This document shows positions 24,543-37,487 of a DNA stretch of 64,000 nucleotides, piece by piece. Each line of letters begins with the position of its first letter. The stretch's first letter is position 1. Made by a program: the position numbers and the translations under genes. The notes beneath the pieces are model-generated. The model made no database searches, was not told the DNA's origin, and was given only the letters and a program-made list of their open reading frames with translations. The stretch spans positions 52,328,001 through 52,392,000 of the forward strand of contig CM060734.1 in assembly GCA_030704615.1 (NCBI GenBank), in the 5' to 3' direction. The DNA comes from Takakia lepidozioides. Its lineage: Eukaryota > Plantae > Bryophyta.

Positions 24543-25430
24543 CCTAAGACAGTCTTGAGGGGACCTGTCTATGGCTTGTATTTGGACTATTGGAACCAGT
24601 CTGCAGTCAATACCATGAGTCAGATGTCTACGGAAAGAGGAGAGTGCAGCTTATGGAGCAATTGCATCTGATACATTTGCTGGCAGGAGTGATGCTCTCT
24701 TTCACTGGTATGTGGATGAGACAAATGTGCCAAAGAAGCAAATAACATTTACTCCCAAAAAATCAAATCTGCGCCAATATAGTCATTGATATGTACGCTT
24801 TGCATCCGATTGGATCATAGGCCGATGTCTATCGTTGACGAAAGCTATCGGTTTGATGTCGTATATTATAGAGTTTTCAGGACACACAGACTCTGCTGGG
24901 ATGCGCGGCTATTGGTTTTGAAAGTCTTACACATACAAATTTTAACAAGGGGGGGCCATTTTTCGTGCAGGTTGTTGGAGGTGACTGACGTCAATTTGAC
25001 TAAACTTCCAGCAACAACCGATATCAAGGTGTTTGGTAGCAAAGAGGATGCCTACAAGAACGTTAAAAACGACATGACTGTTTATTGCAAACCTACGTCA
25101 GCTAATCAAGTGGCATTTTGACTCGTTGAGCAGTCCATACTTATGTTTCCAAATGGCTTTTGGCGCTAACCATGACATTGCGAAATAAGGCCTAAAGCAG
25201 TTCATTGAGGCATTTCGGGTAAAAGTTCACATGATGGAATTAACATGAACATATGTCTTCGAATCAATGGATACTTCCATACCATTAAAGACAATACCGT
25301 TGTTCATTTTCGGCACCACTCCTGAGTATTTCGATGACTATAAAAGTGCTCAGAAATATTGTTTAGGAAGCAAAGTCCTTCAGAAAACGGATCCCATCAT
25401 GCACCAGCATGTTGAAGATTCCATTATATG
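24543..25430 (+). pseudogene. Crinkler-type pseudogene, 3' half (restriction-endonuclease-like domain)
   Basis: PKTVLR continues the frame; GWFxK..HIQI; YCKPTSANQVAF(D)S; CFQMAFGANHDI matches the CRN REase FQ.T...H.I-type motif. Many stops and frameshifts. Confidence 0.7.
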
Positions 25431-26184
25431 AGGACCTTAGCAAATTCAAAAGGTCTTGTGGATTCAACATCATGCGTTATTTCCGTACAGAGATTTTGAT
25501 ACCAAAACCGACACGGCGCAATCAATATATGGTAGATTCAAAAATCACTTGATGGCTAACAGTTGCTATCAAACGACATGTCTAGTGCCAACTTGGCTGA
25601 GGGACCTGCGGTGATTGAGAAGCTTCCAAGGAATATATAGAAAACTGGTGGAACTGGAGATCTTCATAATGAAGCAGACGCCACACAACCACATGAGAGA
25701 GTGTAGAGTTGCACTTTTAACAATCCAGTTGTTCCCTCTCAATAAATAGCTCATATGAGTTATAATAGCATGACTAGTAATAATGCTCTAATATAGCGAA
25801 GGATTAGAAGAAAGAACGTTCAGTGTGGTATGTAAAGTTGGCTGGCATTGGTTAGAGATATACTGCACTTGTTTACTAACTTCGGGATTTTTTTTTATGG
25901 AAAATCACCTTGTGGCTATGCATTTGCTGTCAGATAGAACTTTTGATGCCAACTTAGCTGAGGTACTTGTGACAATTGGAGAGTTTTCATGAAAAAAGAA
26001 AAGAAAGAAAACAGGTCAAACCACCTGAACTTCTTCTCACATGGGTCGTCTCTTCTCCTTGCAAGGCCTTTGGAGGAGGCTTCCCTGATTATGGTGGGAA
26101 CTGGGGCAATGGTGATGAGAGGGAGGTTTTGCTGCAGATGGGGACAGATAGTGTCTTCGGCCATGACAGAGATAGAGGTGATGG

Positions 26185-26650
26185 CATGTCTGGGGCACAT
26201 AGTAATGAGCAATGGGGAGCTTCCAAGTTTGTGCCCTCCAAGAAGTTTATCCCTTCTCAAAATGGTGGAGGTGAATGTGGGGCTTGCGATAATGACTAGT
26301 GCGGTGGACAACACAGTGTTTGTGATCTTCCCTCGCGTGTTGATGAGATTGATAACTGGGGATCCATTAAAAAGTTTTTGCTGTGCGCCTTTGCTGGTGA
26401 CCTCATCATTTTCTACTGGTAAAGAGAGGCAATGACAAGAGTAGAGACGATGGTCCATCTAGGGCACATAGTGATGAGCAATGGAGAGCTTCCAAGAAGT
26501 TTGTGCCTTCTCAGGGGGTGGGGGTGAAGGGGGTGGAGGTGAATGTGGGGCTTGTGATGATGACCGGATGGATTCCCAGGACATCCGAGTGACTTCCCTC
26601 ACGTACTGATGAGATTGATAACTAGGGAGCCATCAAAAAGTTTTTGCCAT
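26185..26650. repeat. Diverged local duplication (26185-26380 and 26460-26650)
   Basis: gggcacatagt.atgagcaatgg.gagcttccaag...ggtggaggtgaatgtggggcttg...gatgagattgataact occurs twice. Confidence 0.75.
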
Positions 26651-27565
26651 CCTCCCCTTCGGGTGCTGACCCCAATGAAGCCTTAGGGCATGCCAATGAA
26701 GCAGGAACATGAGCTGGAGATGTTAAAATCGGAGTTAGGATGAGGCTGAGGTAGGTTTGTCCATGACACTGATATTTACAACTGCCTCCTCTCAAAAGGC
26801 TCAACTGGCAAGCCAAAATGTGTATCATTCTGCTAGCTGAAGTGGTTTCTGTGAGAGTATTCACTCAGAGAGGTCCTACATATTGTTCTCATGGTCACCT
26901 TTCTTAACAAAGAGTGCAACAACCACAAGATCACCTCTCGTTAAAGTCAGTGACAACCTACTTTTAAGACAGAATCGTGGCAGTGTCAAATTGAAAGAAT
27001 TCGTGATTCTCTCAGATTACTAATGCAACAACCTGAAGTCCCATTTCCAACAAACTTCCGCGATAACACTCAAGGTGAAGCAATCGATACTTTACATATG
27101 AGAAAAGCCAGGCTATTTCCAAGCCATGGTTACCCTCCATAATGTTGTCAATTATAGTGGAGCACTGCTATGTTCTCATTTATGACTAGTGCATGCTGAC
27201 CCAAGCACAGTTGCCACAAGCTTTTGATCCCACCAGGATTTTGTCAGCTGCTGCGAATAAGAAATCATGCGCTGTTGAGCTTTGGATTCCTGATGCCCTG
27301 ATCTGACTTGAACTAATCCCCCTCACTGCCTAGCCAAAGAAAAGATGGAGACAAACCCAGCTGTATCCAACATGATTCAGATGATACACTGGATGTGGAA
27401 ATAGCACAATGCAACTCCGAGACTGGGATCAAGACTGGAAGGAACCTAGACACGAAGGAGAATGACATACCAACATAGTCAAAGCCTTCTACTTAGCAAG
27501 TGGATAGTCACCACCACCCTTATGGGTCGGTCAACATGGGCAACACTCAATCTACAAACTCCCAC

Positions 27566-28578
27566 TTACTGCTGCCTTGCTCAGCCAGTGATCAGCAGAG
27601 ATGCCAGTTGCAGATGCAGGGGTGGCCACAACTCATGTGGTGCAACTTTGATTACACCACCTTGGCAAAAGCTTCCGTCATGGGCAGGCAGCATGGGGAA
27701 CAGGGCATCAAGGAGAGCTGTACCATCAGCTGCTTGGTAAGTATAACCCAGACAGTTCAGTAATCTCTCTTGGAAAATCTCCCCATGTTTGCTTGATACA
27801 AAACTCCCATTATCTGCCAAACACTTTTTGTTTGTTTCAGCCAAACCCTAGCCTTTAACCCATCCTCCTTGAGCAGATGGAGTCCCATTGCAAAATTGCT
27901 GAGTCTGCACATAGACACGATCCCCACCCTGCCCGGTGGGTTGCCTCCCCTTGTCATTGCTCTGGTGTGCTTGTGAAGCAGCAACAGAGGAGGAAGCCTT
28001 CTCATGCGACTCATAGCCATTCCTCTCTGTGCAGCCTCCTTTAATGGATCATGCGCCATCATTGCAAGGCAGGAAGCTGCTGAGTCTGGACCAACCAACG
28101 GCATGGGGCATTCGCGGGAAGGTGGGCTTGCGGTATTTCACACCTTGCTGCTGTTCACAGCCAGACACCCCATACAAAACCAAATCTGGACCCCAACGAG
28201 GATGGTAGGCATTTGCAGGGGAATATGAAGGTAGATGTGGAAGATACATAATGGATGCCATGTGCATTGCCCACTCTTTTGCTGCATTGGATGCATTTCC
28301 CCAGTCACCTAGGGGGGCCCACGAATACATCCCCGCTGAGTGGGCATACTCACAGGGTACAGAAGTGCAGGTACATCCATCACATCTCTGGTACCACAGA
28401 TCTTGCTGTCACCGTCATCTAAACACCTGGTTGCAACCTCAGGGGCTTGCTAGGTCTCAGGAGTTGCAGGCACGTCCAGTTCAATCATCAAATCTGGTGA
28501 CACATCCATCACATCTCTGTTACCACAGATCTTGCTGTCACCGTCATCTAAACACCTGGTTGCTACCTCAGGGGCTTG
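27566..28578 (-). pseudogene. Degenerate remainder of ELF3 exon 4 (block IV remnant), including a 129-bp tandem duplication (28373-28633)
   Basis: GVIKVAPH followed by frameshifted VVATPASATGI...RQQ* near 27660-27566. Confidence 0.65.
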
Positions 28579-31500
28579 CTAGGTCTCAGGAGTTGCAGGC
28601 ACGTCCAGTTCAATCATCAAATCTGGTGACACAGCCATCAGCTTTTGCACCTGGACCCCACCTACCCCTTCAGTCCCATATCCCATCTTCAATCAGCATG
28701 CAATGAGGGCAGCTGCAACCCAGCTGCAAACCAATTCAACACATCGTACCTGAATAAGCCGATGAAGCTCAAATAGTTGCACTGAAAACATCTTCTGTTG
28801 CCTGCATACAGCAGACTGTATCATCAGTAGTGTGCAGTCTCCTCAAGTAGAAATACAACTTTGACTAGTTATTATTAGGTTGTCTTCAATGGTCGCTGAA
28901 GTCTCGAGTAAAATGTCTCTGGACATCAACTCCTCTAACATTTGTTGTCAGGAAAAGGCTGAGAGGAATCATTCTGGCCAAAATGCTTGGATGCCCAACC
29001 CTCACTCCAAAAACTGCTCACATAAAGTTGCGTATCTTATGATCCAACATATAACCTACTGAAAACCCTGTAACGTAATGACTGAACCCATCAACAACAC
29101 CTCTGAATGGGTCGTGGTAGGCAGAAGAAATGAGGCAGGTAGGAGGAGCAACCTGAGAATGGCTTTGCGAGCTCTCCAGAACTCTTGCTGGCCAATGGCA
29201 TCCATGACATTGCGGGGAGTAATACGTACTGCAGGCAAACAATCTAATATTGAGCACTCTGACTCATCAGCACTATAGCCTCGATCACACTGCACAGGCT
29301 CTGATACTTCCCCACTTTGATCTTCAGAGCTCTCACAGCTATTATTACTCTGCTCTAGTCTTGCTCGCAGACTCTCCTCTTCCCCTTGCTGCTCCTGCAC
29401 TAGGCTGGGGGTAGCAGTCAAGCTGTAGTGTGATGGTTGGGCTGCATCAGTGTCTCTCCGACTTGAATCAGGATCATCCCCTGATGCTGTCACACACTCA
29501 CCACTGCCCGTGCGCCAACTCATGACATCTCCCTGCTCGGATGACATATCCTCAAAGCTTCTTTCTTTTCTGTGATGTGGATGCTGCACATAATAGAACT
29601 GCCGGGGCGAGCATCCTGTATCCCCAAACCACCTCTTCTCTTGCCCTGCCTCTCGAGTCTCCTGAGAGTGCTGGTGTGCTGCCTCCTGGGATGCGGGCGC
29701 TTCAGGTTGTCGATGTGACCATGGCCTGTTGCTGCTAAGCCTTGGCGTGGGATATATAGGCACTGCACAGTCATCCTTTTCCTTTCTTTTCTTGCTGGGC
29801 ATAGAATTCAGTTGGCTTGCAGTTACAAACTGGGGTAAAGAGCTCTCTGCAAGCATAGGCACACGCTGCAACTCTGCATCTCCATCCACCACTGTGCTGG
29901 TGCTGCTGCTATTCAATGAAAGTGGGCCTACTACCCCACCATGGCAGCCTACATTCATGGCTGGCATGTAAGCAAGCACAGGGTTCATGTAACCAGGAAC
30001 ATGTTGGTACATGACCCCCTGCACCCCTTCCCCCAACAGATTGTTAGTTTCTTCCATTCCATCACTTGAGATGTTTCCAGAACAACCCAAGTTCACTCCT
30101 GCAAGCACCCCACCACCATGCCTCCCTCTCTCCCTCTTCTTCTTCACTTTCTAAGGCATGCACAGATACTGCAATTCCAATATGAAAACGTACACCCTGG
30201 ATAATCCTGAAAGTCTGCAATACCACTTCATACAGAACACTTGTGATGTCGTTGAGTCCACTAGCAAAAGCTTAAAGCTAGAAAACATGGATCCACATCT
30301 GCACCACACCATCAAAACCCTGGAGACAGCTAGACCATTCTGCCTGCAGATGGGAAGTGCAGCAAGCTGCAAGAGCAAGGGGCTATATAGTCAGTTATTC
30401 CTCCTTCATATGCCCACTATAGTGAATACTCAGACAAGAGCTCTCCTATGCTAGGCTACTGGAACAGCATGGCCCGTGGATGTCCAGCAGGTCAAGTCTT
30501 GTATACAAGTACCTTTCCCACCTACCCCTCACATCACACACATGAAGTACCATGGCAACATTTTTACATGATCTGATCAACAGTACATCGCATACCATGC
30601 TACAGATGATAACAGCACAGTAAAGCTGGCAGAGTCCAACACACCCACTTTTGGCTAACCGTGTCCCTACCCAGACAAGCACCCCCAAAGGTGAGCCCAA
30701 GGTGCCAGTCTGGCTGCAGACAGCAGGTGGTGCAGACAGCACAGACTGCCACACTGATTTGCAGGTCTGTCTATGCAACTATGCCTGTCTGGGCACAGCA
30801 GAATGATAGGGACACTGACGCTAGTAGATGCACTCCTCCCACAGGGGTATGACTCCTGGAGGTGTTCACAAACACAAGGCAAAAGTGACCATAAGCCAAC
30901 CAATGCTCGTCCATTTTGGACCGATTCCACCGTAAGGCCTGATGTTACGGACACATTCCTCCCAGGTAGGAGAGAAGTCGGTCAACCTCAATCAGACCAT
31001 AATCCCATATCCCATGCCTACACCTTGTAATAATGACCTAAGAACATCAGGCAGGGAACGGCAGACATACATCAAACTCTGCCAAGACCTTCTTAGAATC
31101 CCGACTGTGGCAGAACCTCTCTTAGTAAGAGCAGCTGAAAAGCTCCAATCTTCATGTAATTTCAACATTGCGCGGAGTTCATCCCATGGCATGTACCTCC
31201 AACAACAATAGCATGGCACCGGGTTCGATCAGACAAGTGCAGGATAACATCTACGTTGAGCTACTTGCCCCACAGATCCCGCAGAGAAACTTTTCATAAC
31301 CTGATGTCCAACACTGCGACTTGATAGAGCGGTTGAACTCTACAGAATATCTAGTCACAGTGCCCAAAACATTTGAAGAACAGAAATTCTCGAGGGACGT
31401 CCCAGTGATATTGAGTCAGAACTTTACCTGAGGCACATAAAGTAGATTGATGGAAGACCAGCAAGTAGTCGGCAGCAGTGGCAATGAAGCAGCCATGAAG

Positions 31501-31808
31501 CGGTGGGAGGGAATAGTGAACTGTTCGTAGAGGGCCATCTTATTCCGAGGTGGCGCTCGAGGCCCCGCCCGCCTCGTCTCTGCCACATGAAGCCGTGGAA
31601 ACAACGCCGGTCCTGCCTGCGGTTGCTGGCTCCCATCGCCGCTCCCATCCTTCGGAACAGTGAACTGTTCATAGAGGGCCATCTTATTCCGAGGCGGCGC
31701 TCGAGGCCCCGCCTGTCTCGTCTCTGCCACATGAAGCCGTGGAAACAACGCCTGTCCTGCCTGCTGTTGCTGGCACCCATCACCTTCGCCATCCCTCGGC
31801 CCTTTCAT
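28579..31808 (-). CDS. ELF3: ELF3-like (EARLY FLOWERING 3) protein, exons 31808-31428, 30150-29153, 28801-28750, 28650-28579; about 500 aa, C-terminally truncated
   Basis: Block [24 protein letters not shown] occurs twice. Block [47 protein letters not shown] spans a 52-nt exon 3. In-frame TAG 24 codons into exon 4. Confidence 0.88.
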
Positions 31809-34800
31809 ACCTCCTTTCCTCCTCTCCTCCACTAACCACCACTCCTATATCCTACTCCACCCCCCTCATGCTTACCAGCTCACCACTGAACACCCACGCT
31901 ATTCCTTGTCATGCCCCTTCTACACACGGCCCTGCAACGCCCTCGTCCCTGCGCTTGGCAACCAACCACACTCCCACAGCTCCCAGGTAATCACCACCAA
32001 ACCCAAGCACGTTGCTGATAAGAAACGAGGTGCGAGATGGGATGCCGCAGGATAGATAGACTCTTGGAAAAGAGAAAACAACAAGCCAGCAAACACCTTT
32101 ACACCTACCCACCAATAAAACCACAAAGGGGAGGAAGATGCAGCCTTTAGACGACGAAGCCCCAACCCAGTTTACTGAGTAAAACGAGAATGGGCCACAG
32201 CAGAGAAGATGTAAATGAGAGCAATGATGTTTTCATTTGCTGCTCTCACCAGCCCCCATCACAACCCACCCCAATCAGCTCGTGGGCATATCCCCCTGCT
32301 GCACACCCTGCTCTCTTTTCCCAGGCTTGCAGTCTTTTTAGGGCTCTGTGCAAAAGCGCAGCTCTGCTCTACTCACTCGCCCAATCACAGCGCACAAATC
32401 TCTCCACACAGAGAGGAAGCCCATCACCCGAGAGCGCGCTCTCCGCTGCTGCTCGCTCACAAATCTATGGCTTCCCTCTCTCCACATGCTGCTCTTCCAT
32501 TGATCTCAAACAGTCCCTCTGCGCACCAATCGCTTTGCTCACAGATCGTGGAAGAATATATGGCACTGTTTCCCGTCGGATGGAGGCGCACACAGGGCCC
32601 AGATTGGTGGAGGCCTCTGCCCCGCCTAGATATTTCTCGCAGCGCCACTGCGCTTGTGTGGGCCCCCGCCGAATCCAACCGAGCCTGCCGGCATCCATCC
32701 CTCGCAGATCCGATGTGTTTGCTACAATAGTAATCAACAAGGTGACTCTGATGCAGCTCTGCAATTGGGTGGGCAGCCCATCTCCTTACTTACTCACAAA
32801 CTTGGGTCCCGGAGCTTGTGGCTTTTACTGAGGATAAGCCGCCAGGTTATCTGGGCCATGATAGGTTGCAAGCGAGGGAGAGGGAGGCACATTTGGGAGC
32901 AGAGCCTGGGCCCAGTCTCAAGCGGCAGAGTAATTAGAGCCATCAACAGTGTTCACAGGCATAAGTTATTCCAGTTGCTTTGGGTTGTCAACAGTTGGCT
33001 GCAACGGTTCAGATCTGCACTGCCCTTCAGTTTCAAGGGCATAACTTATGCCATGTAGTAGTTTCAGTTTCAAAGGCAGAACTTATGCCATGTAGTAGTA
33101 TTACCCTGCCCCAGTGTGTTAAGGGTGAATAAGACTTTTACTTAAGTTTTATCTATGTTGACAGGTTCCTTCTGCTTTTTGGATGGACCCAATGAACCAA
33201 CCAAGAGTTGACATGTAGCAGCAACACAGTAGTGGTGACTCAAAAGCCAAGAAGTTCGGGTGTAGAAATAAAAAATAAAAATGTGGCAAGTTGGCCCCTC
33301 GATTGCAAAGGGCAACATAGACTGCCCCTCACAAACATAGACTGTCCTTTGTGACAGCCAGTGGGTTTTTTTTCAAATTTGGAAAAGAACAGGAGTGGCT
33401 ACTGAGTTTTGCAGGAAATAGCCATATTTTCTGTTCATCCACTGAAATTTGGACAGAATCATCCTCCTTAGTACTTTCATCCATATTAGGCGAATTCATC
33501 CAAGATTTATATGTTTTTGGAGAATTTTGGTGATTTCATCCACGAGGGAATTTACGACAGAATATTTGATTTTTTTTGGAGGTAAAAAAAGTGCGAAATT
33601 TTGCCAGAAATAAAAATACTGCCAGTGCCCATGTAGTGAGAATAACGAGTTGATAGGGTTAGAAAAGTGGCTACATTCCAGGTGGCACATTTCTACTGGT
33701 CTATGTTGGCAAAATTAGGCTCCTGATATTCATCTGCTGGTGCTTTTTGGGGAAAGTCTCTGATTTTACCCCCCATAAATAAGTAGCTGACCCATTTTCC
33801 AGGTCGAAATCTGGCGATTTGTCGCAAGAAAAAAAACAATGAAATTTCATTGAAACAAGTTGTAAGTTTATCATGGGTTTTATAGGAAATGCAATTTCAA
33901 GGGAAATTGCAAGTTAAAATGTATGGTGGGGTTAGAATTGCCAATGGTTGCCTATGTAACTCACTCACATGTACTATAGGATTATGAACCTTGGCATAGA
34001 GCAATATAAGCCATACACTAGTGTAAATAGGATCGGATATAGGGTGACACATTTTTATAGGATTGAATAGAGTTTCGCTAGAAACTCTTTATCCAAACAG
34101 TAAATCCTCTAAGAGTTTTGTTAACAAAACTCTTGAAGAGAGTAGTTCTCTTAGATCATCCAATAGATGGCCTAGTGGTTATAATGTAAGGTCACCTTAG
34201 AAGTGGTCATATGCCACATATATGTATGTTAGGTGTCACCCAATCTGACGAATCTTACTACAGAAAGGTGATATATATGACCAAGGGAGCTAGCATACAT
34301 AAGAGCCTCTTCCCACAAAAGGGGGATAAGTAGGTCAATTGGTTACTTCATTTGTGCTACATGAAGACTTTCAAGTCCTTGGAGGAGAGTTGGGCATGTT
34401 GTTGCCTGGTTAGAAGGCGTCTCCAAATGGAAGACAATAGTCATCTTAGGGTCAATGAAGTGACACCATAAGTTATGCTTGCAGCTTCAGCAATGGTTCG
34501 TTATCTTTAACTTCTCAAAATTTCATGACCATCAAAAGTCTTCTTCAACTTTGAGATAAGTTCAATGTATTCCGACCTCCCTCAGGCCAGTTTTCAAAAA
34601 AACAAAAACAAAAACACAACTATAGTATATAAAAGTGTTACCATCCAAACTTTTTCCAGTTATGCTTTTTATGGATGAGAATTCTAAAAGTTATTTGAGT
34701 TTTATGGAAGAATTGTTTTTGCGAAATTCTTTCCTATGTTTTATATTGTTGAAAATCTCATGCTTTGATCTTGTAATTATATCTCTGTGCTAATGTAGGA

Positions 34801-37487
34801 AATATTTGAAAGTGTTTCACACCCCTATTAGTAATATCCCTGGTTCTTCGCTTTTCCTCATGTGAGCAACTTAGGTTTCTATCATAGTTTTGCAATTTTG
34901 CTTGCGTGAGCACATTTTCAATTTACCATAGTACATTCTTTCTTCAAACAATATGTAGAATATGTTGTTCTGCTTGTGTGAACATGCTCACTTGTTGTTA
35001 AAGTCGTTTCATTATATGAATATGAACCCTAAACAACGATTATAGTGGCTTTGGACAAAATATTGCACCCGCATATCCATACTGAATCCCAGGCACCACA
35101 ACTATAAGCGTGCCCAAAACTTTACACATTGCACCCTCCCCCCAAACTATTACATTGTTTCATTACCTCCCTCAAACTTACCTAGTGCTACTACTCCAGC
35201 CCACTAGATGTACATAGCTATCCAAGGCCTCTTTGGCCCAATGCCCTTCTTGGCTCCCTAGGACAAGCCAAACACTAGGAGTGGAAAGGTCATGGTCTTG
35301 CACATCATCCCACTGATCAACCTGCGCATGAAGCTATTCATTGGGCACATCTATAATCAACAAAGCTGCTCCCATCATTCATGGTTATGCTTGCTACACA
35401 ACAACACTGCTTTCAGGACTTGCACCTCCTTCTACAACCCCAAAAGAGGTACAATATGTAGTGGCAACTAGAGACCCAAACCAACCCATGAGAGGTATAG
35501 TGGGGATGTAATAGGGGACGGAAGGGCTGGTCACTTAACGGATAACTTTATTATATATGACCTATCATTGTGCCATACCCTAATTATGTACAATGAGAAG
35601 AACCCTCCCCCAACGCCCTCCTATGTGTCCACAAGTCTAGTAACCGGTACATCCACGCCAATTTTCATTAATGACAACTCCGAGATATCATTACCCAAGA
35701 AAGATTACACACCCCATCCCTACACCCCTCCTCCCAAACCCCCTTCAACACCTTAATCCAAACAAAGCATAGCAAGAAGCGTCTCCAACCCTCCAGTACT
35801 AAGCGAGCCACCCCATACTCTGATCCACATTGCTCAATATGCTTACCCATTGGCTATAGAGCTTCGTGAGGCTCTCAACAACAAACCCCGCATTTCCCAT
35901 TCACAATCTTAAAACACACCTAAACAAAGAAGCTAACAATTTTTTTTTTTTTTTTCTGTTTTTTCTTTGTGAAGGTGGATGGAAGGGCCAAGATTTTATT
36001 GAAAAAAGAGACAAGGAAAAAATTACCTCGTGGACCATGAGGATGAAAAAGGGAACACTGCCCTGGCCAAAGTTCAAAGAAAAGAAAAGAATGCTGCAAA
36101 AAGCTAAGGAAGTAGACCTTAGTGCAGAACAGTAAGAAGGGCAATGTACGTTGTTTTGAATACTAGTGGCTTTTCAGGTTGCCTTTAGCGCAATCGGAAG
36201 GACCATGAATTAGTTCATGGCCATTGCGAGGAGGCAAGGTTCCGTAAAATTATCCAGCTAGCCATGTCAGTTGGAAGGGGCCCCAATATTTTACAGATAT
36301 GCCTCCCCCTCACAAAGGTGTCTAGTGTCTAGTGTCTACCTTCCAGCCAGAAGGCAGTAGCCCTTTGGTCAAGAGACACTATAAGTTACGCTTCCTTCTC
36401 GAGGCGTCAGCCAATATTACTATGTCAACACCGAAACTAAAAAAAAAATGAAAAACTTTTATAGCCAAGTAGTGCCAGGAGTCACAAATTGCTGGCAAGT
36501 GGAAAAAGATGAGCAATAATCAGGCGAAAGGCTTTTCAAGATAATCTGCCAACATCCAATGGTCCAGATAGTACGAATCAGGGAGTGTTGAACACTCCCT
36601 ACGAAGGGTAACGAAGGGTAAATCTCATCCTTGCTAATAACTTGGCGAACCACGCATCCTTATCGCTTCACTAGTTAACTTCTATCGTGGCTCTGTAGCA
36701 GCCCTCACATCTCTACAAGATTGTTAACAAACAGATCAACTGCGAGGGCTCTCTACCAATGGAAAAACTTTACACGATATGATACTCGTAGTCAGACTAA
36801 CTTTCGGAAAAGGACAGATTCTGCAGACGAAGGGGATGCCACCACCGTTAACTGGCTACCTATCTACAGTCAGTTGCCTCCGAATTCAGGTGATGACTAG
36901 TTACATTTTATGGACGAGTTGTGAGCCTGTAAAGCCTAACGAAAATCAGAGTGTCGGAGTTGCATTTGTGAACAACCCATAGCCAGCAGATTGCAACAAC
37001 TTCGATCAATTTACAATCCTACCGGAAACATCCAATGGGCTGTAACCCGGGGGGGGGGGGGGGGGAAGCTTCCGTAGCAACTAGGCCTGTCAGAAGCCCA
37101 TATATGAGCAGTCATAGGCTTATTTACCCTACTGGTTCAGTGAGAGGAATAAACCCAAGCGCTGAGTCTAGGGATTACTAGTTACTACCAACAGCAGCCT
37201 ACCTTGACACGAAGCTGTGGCCATTCTTTGGCAGAACTTAAAATTGTAATAAGAGACCGAGTTTCTCTTTTGGAAGGTTCAGCCCTTGGAAACCAACTTA
37301 CAGTCTTTGCTTCTTTGGGTCTTGAAAGGTCCGCTGCAAACCGTAAGGACTCCCACAGGCTGCCAATGCAGGTGGATAGGAGAGACGCAGTTCGAAAATC
37401 GTATCTCATCCAGAGCCTACAATAGAATCAGATTTCCATCACTCTGCAGCATGATATCCTAGAAGATTCACGAGCAGTGTGTACTAG

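Noticed and set aside
19501-25430. Bacterial-style restriction-modification pair (MTase next to an REase-like domain) or bacterial contamination
   Set aside because: The MTase is part of the retroelement polyprotein and the nuclease belongs to the interrupted Crinkler gene. Their adjacency results from the insertion.
32190-33058. Overlapping 130-213 aa ORFs upstream of ELF3
   Set aside because: No recognisable motifs; they look like GC-rich promoter/5' UTR sequence that is open by chance.
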